DNA of 44,858 bases from Gemmatimonadota bacterium (GTDB lineage: Bacteria > Gemmatimonadota > Gemmatimonadetes > Gemmatimonadales > GWC2-71-9), in assembly GCA_017889745.1 (NCBI GenBank), contig JAGGAG010000002.1, positions 1-44,858 of the forward strand, read 5' to 3'. The position numbers and the translations under genes were made by a program. Shown piece after piece: positions 17,945-24,727 of the stretch. The notes under the pieces are model-generated. The model did not search any database, was not told where the DNA came from, and was given only the letters and a program-made list of their open reading frames with translations. How positions within the stretch are numbered: the first letter of the stretch is position 1; each line of letters starts with the position of its first letter.

Positions 17945-18817
17945 ATGCGGCGCAGGGTACTCCTTGCCGCGTGGCTCGCAGCGATCGCCTGCGGGCCATC
18001 CGGTACGGGTGGGACAAAGCAACCGGCGCCCGCGCCCGCCAAGCCCGCGGCGCCAGCCCCCAACCAGCCTTCCGGCGCCGCAGGCGCTGCTGTCACGCTG
18101 GCGCGCTATGCTTCGAGCGACGCGCGCTACGCCATCGACCGCGCTGACACAATCAGCTTCCAATATCCCAACGGCCTCCAGACGCAGGTGGTCGAGCGCA
18201 GCATGTGGATCCGGCTGATCATCGGTCCGGGCGCGGCCACGGCACCGATCAACATCACGCTCGACTCGATTCGCGTGGGTACCGTTCCCCGCGATTCGCT
18301 CATTTCCGCCGACGGGCTGCGCTGGACCGGCACCTTGGAGGATGGCGTACGGCTCGGCACCCTCATACCATCGTCGCATCACGCTCTGGCGGAACAGCTC
18401 GTGGGCAATGCCTTCCGCGACCTGATCGCCACGCTACCACCGGGCGGAGCGCGGGCGGGCGCCGGCTGGACCGACACGACGTCGACCACGGAGCAGGTGG
18501 CGGGCAGCGAGGTGCCTGTAACGGTGATCCGCGCCGCTCGCGCAACGGGACGGATCGGGACGCCGGCAACGGTTCTGCTCGAGAGTTCCTCGTCGGTGAC
18601 TGGAGGCGGCAAGAGCCAGCGTTTCGGCGAGGAGATCGGCATCACGCTGAGTGGCACGCGCACGCGCGCACACCACGTGTCGATCGCCGGCCAGGTCCTG
18701 GAGGCCGAGGGACGCGACTCGCTCGCCATCTCGTTCGACCTGCCGTCGGTGGGCCAGACCGTACCGGCCACCCAGCGCGGGCGTCTCAGCATCCAGCGGA
18801 TCCAGGGTCCCCGCTGA
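17945..18817 (+). CDS. hypothetical lipoprotein (paralog B)
   Basis: MRRRVLLAAWLAAIACG lipobox, then a Pro/Ala linker. GAGWTDTTSTT...ATG is colinear with paralog A. Confidence 0.7.
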   Translation: MRRRVLLAAWLAAIACGPSGTGGTKQPAPAPAKPAAPAPNQPSGAAGAAVTLARYASSDARYAIDRADTISFQYPNGLQTQVVERSMWIRLIIGPGAATAPINITLDSIRVGTVPRDSLISADGLRWTGTLEDGVRLGTLIPSSHHALAEQLVGNAFRDLIATLPPGGARAGAGWTDTTSTTEQVAGSEVPVTVIRAARATGRIGTPATVLLESSSSVTGGGKSQRFGEEIGITLSGTRTRAHHVSIAGQVLEAEGRDSLAISFDLPSVGQTVPATQRGRLSIQRIQGPR

Positions 18818-18822
18818 GCGCC

Positions 18823-19677
18823 ATGGCCACCAATCGCCGACGCTGGCGCTGGTGGTGGCTGCTGGTTCCTCCCTGCCTCTTCGTCGCGTGGCTCTTCGCC
18901 GTCTGGCCCCCGCCCTCGTGGTACCGCGCGCACTTTCCCGGCAACACCGCCTTCATGCAGATGCGGGGCAACATCGGCCGCTACCGACCAGTGCCCCTCG
19001 ACTCCATCGCGCCCACGATGGCGGTGGCCGCCATGACCGGCGAGGACGCGAAGTTCTGGGAGCACGACGGCATCGACTATGAGGCGATCCGGAAGGCGCT
19101 GGGCTATCGCCGCGCCGATTTCGACTGGCAGGACCCGCGCGATCGCGCAGCGATGTGGAAGGCCCTCGGCCGTGCATGGGAGCGTCGTGAAGCGCTGCGA
19201 GGCGCCAGCACGATCACGCAGCAGCTCGCCAAGAATCTCTACCTCTCGCCCTCGCGAAACCCGCTACGCAAGGTGAAGGAGGCCATCACCGCCTGGCGGC
19301 TGGAGCGCGTCCTGGGCAAGCGACGCATCCTCGAGCTGTACCTCAACGTCGCCGAAATGGGGACGGGCATCTGGGGCGCGCAGGCGGCGAGCGAAGCCTA
19401 CTTCCGGAAGCCCGCGGCGCGGCTCACGCGCAGCGAGGCCGCCGCCCTCGCCGGGCTCCTCCCCTTCCCGCTGCGTTCCAACCCCGCGCTCAAGCCTGGC
19501 CGCATGCGCTGGCGCCAGCGCCTCATCCTCCGCCGCATGGCGGGCGAGTCCCTCGAGATCCCCCGGACAGATGCCGAGATCCCGGCCCAGGCCGACGCCG
19601 ACACCGCGCCCGCGGAGCCCGACACCGCGCCCGCGGGGCCCGACACCACGTCCGCAGCGCCCGACACGTCGCACTGA
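18823..19677 (+). CDS. mtgA: monofunctional peptidoglycan glycosyltransferase (GT51)
   Basis: ORF 18205..19677 trimmed to MATNRRRWRWWWLLVPPCLFVAW (ATG at 18823). GT51 motifs EDAKFWEHDGID and GASTITQQLAKNLYLS. The C-terminal tail has PDTAPA-like repeats. Confidence 0.85.
   Translation: MATNRRRWRWWWLLVPPCLFVAWLFAVWPPPSWYRAHFPGNTAFMQMRGNIGRYRPVPLDSIAPTMAVAAMTGEDAKFWEHDGIDYEAIRKALGYRRADFDWQDPRDRAAMWKALGRAWERREALRGASTITQQLAKNLYLSPSRNPLRKVKEAITAWRLERVLGKRRILELYLNVAEMGTGIWGAQAASEAYFRKPAARLTRSEAAALAGLLPFPLRSNPALKPGRMRWRQRLILRRMAGESLEIPRTDAEIPAQADADTAPAEPDTAPAGPDTTSAAPDTSH
19597..19668 (+). repeat. 21-bp tandem repeat, about 3.4 units, inside the mtgA 3' end
   Basis: Units: gccgacaccgcgcccgcggag (19597-19617), cccgacaccgcgcccgcgggg (19618-19638), cccgacaccacgtccgcagcg (19639-19659), partial cccgacacg (19660-19668). 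They encode DTAPAEP / DTAPAGP / DTTSAAP. Confidence 0.85.
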
Positions 19678-19767
19678 CCCAGAAACCGCCGGGTTGCCGG
19701 CGGCGTCATCCGCGCGACGTCGGGGTGGCCCGCCGGCCGTGACGGACCACACGGAGGGCATTCTCAG

Positions 19768-20120
19768 ATGCGGACCGGGATGATCGTGTTGGCCCTCGGC
19801 ACACTCATGGCGTCGGCCGCTGAGGCCCAGTCCCGCTGGGTCGCGTCGCTACAAGGCGGCTACAGCGCCAGCACATCAACCGCGGCGAGCTTTCCGGGAG
19901 GCGGCTCGATCGGCCTCAGTGGTTTTCTCGGCTATGACGTGTCGTATCAGCTCAGCGCCCTCGGCGCGAGCCTGGGTGGCGGTATGGACTGGTCCCGGGA
20001 AACGGCCGCTGGTCGCTCGGCGGCGCGCTTCGGATGCATGGGTTGATTGGCATCAGCGATGGCGAGGGGTACCAGGACCTGTTCGTGACACTCCTGGCGG
20101 GCGTGGGGTACCGTTGGTGA
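19768..20120 (+). pseudogene. decayed tandem paralog of the downstream OM beta-barrel gene (internal deletion plus frameshift)
   Basis: The N-terminus MRTGMIVLALGTLMASAAEAQSRWVASLQGGYSASTSTAASFPGGG parallels the start of 20259..20915. The frame breaks between about 19996 and 20007. A second frame continues RWSLGGALRMHGLIGISDGEGYQDLFVTLLAGVGYRW* (stop 20118-20120), matching the C-terminus of the intact copy. About 100 residues of the middle are absent. Confidence 0.7.
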
Positions 20121-20258
20121 TCCCCAATACGATGTGCCGCCAGGGCCAGCCTGCCCGTCCAGAGGCGGGAACCGGTCGGGTACCGGTGGCGTTTTGATCG
20201 CGAACAGGACGAGCAGCCCACCGGGCCGCTCCAGGTAACCACAGGAGACACGCACCCG

Positions 20259-20915
20259 ATGCGGACCAGGATCCTGATGCTGGCCCTTGGCACTCTCATG
20301 ACATCGACCGCGCAGGCGCAATCTCGCTGGTTCGCGTCGGTGCAGGGTGGCTACAGCGTGAGCACGTCCACTGCCGAGAGCTTCCCCGGCGGCGGGGCAT
20401 TCGGCTCGAGTGCGTTCATCGGGGCGCAGCTGAGCCCCCTGTTCACCCTGGGCGCCGAGGGCGGATTCTACGGGGTGGAGAACACCGCCACCGAAACCAG
20501 CGTCGACTGCCCGCCGCCCTCGGTGCCGGGGTCACTGGGCTGCACCGAGACCGACCGCGCGGAACTTGACTGGATCCAGCTGGGCGGCACGCTCCGCGTG
20601 GGCCCGAACGAAGGCAGCGTCAGGCCCTATGGCGCGCTCGGTGTGGCGGTCTATTTCGGGCAACGTGACACGGAGAGCACCATCACTGACGGGTCCACCG
20701 GCACCGTGTACCCCGGCTTTCCACTCAGCAGCAACGTAGACCGGACGGCGGTCGGCGCGAGCTTCGGCGGCGGGCTTGACTGGGTACCAAGGAACAGCTC
20801 CTGGAGTGTCGGGATCTCGGCGCGGCTGCATGCCCTCACCGGCGGCGACGAGAACGGCGAATACGGCGGGGATACGTTCGTGACGGTGCTGGCAGGGGTG
20901 GGGTATCGCTGGTAA
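20259..20915 (+). CDS. small outer-membrane beta-barrel protein
   Basis: Signal peptide MRTRILMLALGTLMTSTAQAQ. Gly/Ser/Thr-rich alternating pattern. Ends ...VLAGVGYRW with an aromatic C-terminus. Confidence 0.75.
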   Translation: MRTRILMLALGTLMTSTAQAQSRWFASVQGGYSVSTSTAESFPGGGAFGSSAFIGAQLSPLFTLGAEGGFYGVENTATETSVDCPPPSVPGSLGCTETDRAELDWIQLGGTLRVGPNEGSVRPYGALGVAVYFGQRDTESTITDGSTGTVYPGFPLSSNVDRTAVGASFGGGLDWVPRNSSWSVGISARLHALTGGDENGEYGGDTFVTVLAGVGYRW

Positions 20916-20918
20916 GGC

Positions 20919-20996
20919 GTGAACAGCAAACGGTGAACGGTGAACGGTGAACGGTGAACGGGAACAGACACCCCATTTACCGTTCACCGTTTACGC
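20919..20996. repeat. heptad-repeat palindrome (GTRAACR)n, copy 2, asymmetric
   Basis: GTGAACA GCAAACG, then four perfect tandem GTGAACG, then GG aacagacacccc ATTTAC CGTTCAC CGTTTAC GC. It fills the gap between convergent stops at 20915 (+) and 21000 (-). Confidence 0.85.
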
Positions 20997-20999
20997 AGC

Positions 21000-22112
21000 T
21001 CAGTCGACCAGCCTCAACGGCATCACCAGCGCCAGGAAGCTCGCCGGATCATCCCAGCCCACCGGCTCGCAAGTGGCGGCGCGCTCGGGCGCCTTGAAGG
21101 TCATCCGCACCTCGTCGGTGGGGATGTACTTGAGCACCTCGAGCATATAGGCGGCGTTGAAGCCGATCTCCAGCGTGTCCCCCTCGTACGTAACCGTGAC
21201 CTCCTCCTGGGCTTCGCCCAGGTCGGGGGTCTGCACCGACAGCTTGCAGGAACCGTTGGCGAAGGCCATCCGGATCCGGTGCGTCTGGTCGCTGGCCACG
21301 ATGCTCATGCGCCGGAGCGCCGAGGTGATGGCACCCTTGTCGGCGGTCATCACCTTGTCGTTCTCGCGCGGGATGACCTGCTCGTAGTTCGGGTACGGCC
21401 CCTCGATCAGCCGGGTAAAGACCTGGGTCGTGGGCGACCGGAACCCGAGATGATTCTCGCTCCGCGCCACCTCGATCTCGTCCTCGGCGGAGAACAGCTT
21501 CCTGATCTGCTCCAGTGCCTTGGGCGGCACGATCAGGTCGGCCTGGGCCCCGCCCGTCGTCGCAGTGGGAACGTCCATCCTGGCCAGCCTGTGGCCGTTC
21601 GTGGCCACCATCCGCATGCGGTCGGGACGCAGCTCCCAGAGCACGCCGTTCAGGATCGGACGGCTTTCCTCGGTGCTGGCCGCGAAGGCCACGTGGGTGA
21701 TGAGCTTCTGAAGGTTGCCGGCGGTCGCCTTCCAGCCGCCATCGAACTTGACCGCCGGAAAAGCCGGGAACTCATCCTTCGGCAGGCCCAGGAGCCGGAA
21801 CTTCGACCGGCCGCATTCGATGGTAACCCGCTGCTCACCCGACGCAGTGATCCTGATCGACGCATTGGGCAGCTCGCGCACGATCTCGGCGAGTTTCCTC
21901 GCTGGAACGGTGATCGACCCTTCCTGGTCGACCGATGCCGGCACGATGGTGCTGACAGCGATGTCGAGATCCGTTCCCGACAGCCTGACACCATCGTGGA
22001 TGGCCTCCACCAGGATGTTCGAGAGCACCGGCAGCGTGGTCTTGGTGGGGACACTGCCCGCCACAGCCTGCAGGCCTTCCTGGAACTGCTCGCGAGTGAT
22101 CGTGAACTTCAT
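21000..22112 (-). CDS. dnaN: DNA polymerase III beta sliding clamp
   Basis: ORF trimmed to MKFTITREQFQEGLQAVAGSVPTKTTLPVLSNILVEA (cat at 22110-22112, GAGGGG upstream). 370 aa. Lies directly downstream of dnaA. Confidence 0.97.
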   Translation of the reverse strand: MKFTITREQFQEGLQAVAGSVPTKTTLPVLSNILVEAIHDGVRLSGTDLDIAVSTIVPASVDQEGSITVPARKLAEIVRELPNASIRITASGEQRVTIECGRSKFRLLGLPKDEFPAFPAVKFDGGWKATAGNLQKLITHVAFAASTEESRPILNGVLWELRPDRMRMVATNGHRLARMDVPTATTGGAQADLIVPPKALEQIRKLFSAEDEIEVARSENHLGFRSPTTQVFTRLIEGPYPNYEQVIPRENDKVMTADKGAITSALRRMSIVASDQTHRIRMAFANGSCKLSVQTPDLGEAQEEVTVTYEGDTLEIGFNAAYMLEVLKYIPTDEVRMTFKAPERAATCEPVGWDDPASFLALVMPLRLVD

Positions 22113-22152
22113 TGCGCCCCTCATGCGTTCCGGAGAAGTACCTACCAGAACC

Positions 22153-22182
22153 TGTATATAAGAATGTAGCAGTAGTAGTAGA
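22153..22182. other. AT-rich island in the dnaA-dnaN spacer (candidate DNA-unwinding element or dnaN promoter)
   Basis: tgtatataagaatgtagcagtagtagtaga is strikingly AT-rich for this DNA and contains gta/gca trinucleotide repeats. Confidence 0.35.
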
Positions 22183-22433
22183 GGGTATGGAGATGTTGAG
22201 GAACCCTCTGATCTCCTCACCCCGGTACGACTTGCCTCACCCGCTTCGGTCAGTCTCGTTGTGGGGCATGCGGACATCTCGCCGCGTCAGCAACATCTCT
22301 TGCCGCTATTCAAGACTTTCAACGAACAACCAGTCAACATCGGGATAACCGTCCGGAAAAACTCCCGAGCCATCGTTTGCTCGCACGTGATCGATTCATG
22401 GTGATCGAGCGGTGCGACGACTGCGACACCAAT

Positions 22434-23822
22434 TTACGTCTGCGGCTGCAGCTCCATACGCGCGAGCTCCACCTTTTCGCGGAACCCGCGATCTCGCGAC
22501 ATCAACCGAGCCACCTTGTCGACACTGTGAATGACAGTGCTGTGATCCCTGCCACCGAATGCCTGGCCGATCTCGACCAGCTGCATCTGCAGGAGGTCGC
22601 GAGCGAGGAACATCGCGATCTGCCGCGGAACAGTGAGCGTCTTGATCCGTGCCTTGGACCGCAGCCCTTCCGGCGTGACACCCCAGCGACGGGCAACGAC
22701 CTCCTGCACCTTGTTGATGGTGGGGAGGGCCTTGGTGGGTGCTCCGGTGTCGTCGGACGGCCGGATGCGGTCGGCCAGTGCCTCACGGGCCAGTTCGATC
22801 GAGACTTCCTTGTGCTTGAGCGACGCATACAGGAGGAGCTTGATGATGCATCCCTCCAACTCGCGCACGTTCGACCGGACGTGCTCAGCGATGAACCGGA
22901 GCACGTCGTCCGGGATCGCCATTTCCAGGTGATCCTGCTCCGCCTTCTTCCGCAGGATCGCGATCCGGTGCTCCAGGTCGGGCTGGCCGATGTCCGCCAC
23001 CATGCCCCACTCGAACCGGCTCACCAATCGGGCCTCGAGCCCCGGCAGCTCCTTCGGCGGCCGGTCGGAGGTCAGCACGATCTGCTTGTTGGCCTCGTAC
23101 AGCGCGTTGAAGGTGTGAAAGAACTCCTCCTGCGTCATTTCCTTGCCTTCGAGGAAATGCACGTCGTCCACGAGGAAGAGGTCGACATCCGCCCGGTAGC
23201 GCCGGCGGAACTCCGGCATGGTCCGGCTGTGGATGCTCTCGATGACTTCGTTGATGAACTGCTCCGCGCCCACGTACAGCACGCGCGTATCGGGCAGGCG
23301 CCCGATCACGGTGTGTGCAATCGCCTGCATGAGGTGCGTCTTTCCGAGTCCCGTCGCACCGTAAATGAAGAGCGGATTGTACGTCTTGCCGGGTGATTCA
23401 CTGACGGCATGAGCTGCGGCTGCGGCGAGTTCGTTGGACTTGCCGATGACGAACGTCTCGAAGGTGTAGCGCTCGTTGAGCGGCTGGGCGCTTGGATTGA
23501 CCTTGGCGGCAGGCGCAGCGGCGCTCGGCGGCGGCGCCACGAAGAGGTCCATCTGCGGGCGCTTGGTGCGCTCTTCCTGCACCTTGAAGACCACGCTAAC
23601 TGGTTGGCCTGCGGCCTTTTCGGCCAGGCGCGACAACACGGCCGCGTGCTTCGACTCGTTCCACTGCACCGCGAACTGGTCAGGTGCGCCCACGATCAGC
23701 GTTCCGTTCTCAAGTGAGATCGGCGCGGCTGGTTCCAGCCACGTGCGGATCGTCTGTTCAGAAAGCTCCCGGAGCGCATCGTCGAGCAAGCGCGTCCAGA
23801 GATCTTTCGCGGAAAGTTGCAT
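22434..23822 (-). CDS. dnaA: chromosomal replication initiator DnaA
   Basis: ORF trimmed to MQLSAKDLWTRLLDDAL (cat at 23820-23822). Walker A IYGATGLGKTHLMQAI. C-terminal DNA-binding domain (RQIAMFLARDLL...IGQAFGGRDHSTVIHS). Confidence 0.97.
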   Translation of the reverse strand: MQLSAKDLWTRLLDDALRELSEQTIRTWLEPAAPISLENGTLIVGAPDQFAVQWNESKHAAVLSRLAEKAAGQPVSVVFKVQEERTKRPQMDLFVAPPPSAAAPAAKVNPSAQPLNERYTFETFVIGKSNELAAAAAHAVSESPGKTYNPLFIYGATGLGKTHLMQAIAHTVIGRLPDTRVLYVGAEQFINEVIESIHSRTMPEFRRRYRADVDLFLVDDVHFLEGKEMTQEEFFHTFNALYEANKQIVLTSDRPPKELPGLEARLVSRFEWGMVADIGQPDLEHRIAILRKKAEQDHLEMAIPDDVLRFIAEHVRSNVRELEGCIIKLLLYASLKHKEVSIELAREALADRIRPSDDTGAPTKALPTINKVQEVVARRWGVTPEGLRSKARIKTLTVPRQIAMFLARDLLQMQLVEIGQAFGGRDHSTVIHSVDKVARLMSRDRGFREKVELARMELQPQT

Positions 23823-23867
23823 CGAAATCCAGGCTACAGCGGCGGAGGGACGATCCAAGGGCGCGAG

Positions 23868-23896
23868 ATATTACGGGTCGCGTGTGGATAAGTCAA
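23868..23896 (-). promoter_or_regulatory. candidate sigma70 promoter of dnaA
   Basis: The minus strand reads TTGACT (plus 23891-23896), a 17-nt spacer, then TAATAT (plus 23868-23873), about 45 nt upstream of the dnaA ATG. Confidence 0.55.
23883..23891 (-). promoter_or_regulatory. perfect DnaA box TTATCCACA
   Basis: Plus strand tgtggataa at 23883-23891. It overlaps the last base of the -35 and the spacer of the candidate dnaA promoter. Confidence 0.75.
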
Positions 23897-23898
23897 CC

Positions 23899-23928
23899 TT
23901 GACCCTGACGTGGTGGCGCGGCTAGGTT
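23899..23928 (+). promoter_or_regulatory. candidate sigma70 promoter of rpmH-rnpA-yidD-yidC
   Basis: TTGACC (23899-23904), an 18-nt spacer, then TAGGTT (23923-23928), about 30 nt upstream of rpmH. Confidence 0.4.
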
Positions 23929-23957
23929 GTCGGGCTCATTGGAGGACTGTTAATCGT

Positions 23958-24119
23958 ATGATGCCGACATATCGTCCGCGCAACAAGAAGCGCATTGCCA
24001 AGCATGGTTTTCGTGCCCGCATGGCCGACCGCTGGGGCCGGGAAGTCCTGTCCCGCCGGCGGAAGAAGGGGCGGAAGCGGCTTACCGTCTCCCTCCCGTC
24101 GAAGCACGGACGGGCCTGA
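23958..24119 (+). CDS. rpmH: 50S ribosomal protein L34
   Basis: [50 protein letters not shown] at 23941-23946. The start is ATG 23958 or 23961. It carries a short C-terminal tail (SLPSKHGRA). Confidence 0.93.
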   Translation: MMPTYRPRNKKRIAKHGFRARMADRWGREVLSRRRKKGRKRLTVSLPSKHGRA

Positions 24120-24151
24120 CCACCAGAGAGGGCTTTCCGCGGTCGCGCCGC

Positions 24152-24469
24152 TTGGCGCGTGCAGCCGACATCCGGCGGTGCCTGGCCAAGGGTCGGCGCC
24201 GCCGGTCCGCGTTTCTCGACCTGATCTGGATTGACAATGCACTGGGCCATCCGCGCATGGGATTGATCGTTCCCCGATTCCAGGCGACTGCGGTGGCCCG
24301 CAATCGTCTCAGGCGACGGCTCAAGGAAGTGTGGCGTCGCGAGGTGCAGCCGGTTCAGCCGGCGTTCGATCTCCTGGTACGGGCCCGTCGCGAGGCCTAC
24401 AGCGCGTCGTACGATGCATTGCGCGCCGAGATCCTGGGGTGGCGGGACGCCACGTGCCCCGCCCGGTGA
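24152..24469 (+). CDS. rnpA: RNase P protein component
   Basis: Basic protein directly after rpmH with the RNR-like segment ARNRLRRRLKE. The TTG start at 24152 is the first ATG/GTG/TTG in frame. In-frame upstream codons read FPRSRRL, so the true N-terminus may lie slightly upstream. Confidence 0.85.
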   Translation: MARAADIRRCLAKGRRRRSAFLDLIWIDNALGHPRMGLIVPRFQATAVARNRLRRRLKEVWRREVQPVQPAFDLLVRARREAYSASYDALRAEILGWRDATCPAR

Positions 24470-24472
24470 ATC

Positions 24473-24700
24473 ATGGACCTGCGTCTCCTTCCGCGCCGTT
24501 TGCTCATGGCGGCGGTGCGTGCATACCAGCTGGTGCTCTCCCCGCTGCTACCTCCGAGTTGCCGCTTCACCCCGTCGTGCTCGGCGTACGCTCACGAGGC
24601 GCTCATGCGGCACGGCGCCGCGCGCGGCTCCTGGCTCGCCGCGCGACGGCTGGCACGCTGTCATCCCTGGAATCCGGGCGGCTACGACCCGGTTCCGTGA
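24473..24700 (+). CDS. yidD: membrane protein insertion efficiency factor YidD
   Basis: [31 protein letters not shown]...[14 protein letters not shown]. Confidence 0.93.
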   Translation: MDLRLLPRRLLMAAVRAYQLVLSPLLPPSCRFTPSCSAYAHEALMRHGAARGSWLAARRLARCHPWNPGGYDPVP

Positions 24701-24727
24701 ATTCAAGAAAGGCTCGAATCGCGAGTC

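Noticed and set aside
18205-18822. N-terminal 206-aa extension of the mtgA ORF (490-aa version)
   Set aside because: The extension overlaps the well-supported lipoprotein gene 17945..18817 in another frame and is Arg/Gly/His-rich. The ATG at 18823 gives a typical MtgA N-terminal TM anchor.
20532-20987. Minus-strand ORFs 20532..20987 and 20651..20971, plus 26527..26727, whose products contain FTVHRSPFTVHR-like repeats
   Set aside because: The repeat peptides are just translations of the GTGAACG heptad palindromes. The rest of each ORF is antisense to a better-supported gene.
20919-20996. Could the short tandem repeats be a CRISPR array?
   Set aside because: The repeat unit is only 7 nt with no spacers. 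The arrays are palindromic and under 80 bp, and no cas genes are nearby.
22377-23396. 339-aa + strand ORF (also 21279..22169 +, 6232..7395 +, 9794..11083 -, 41687..42772 -, 40784..41626 -, 35826..36533 + and similar)
   Set aside because: All are antisense or out of frame relative to genes with strong identities (dnaA, dnaN, the GWxTD gene, the FAD oxidoreductase, GGDEF-EAL, mutS). All have shadow-type composition.
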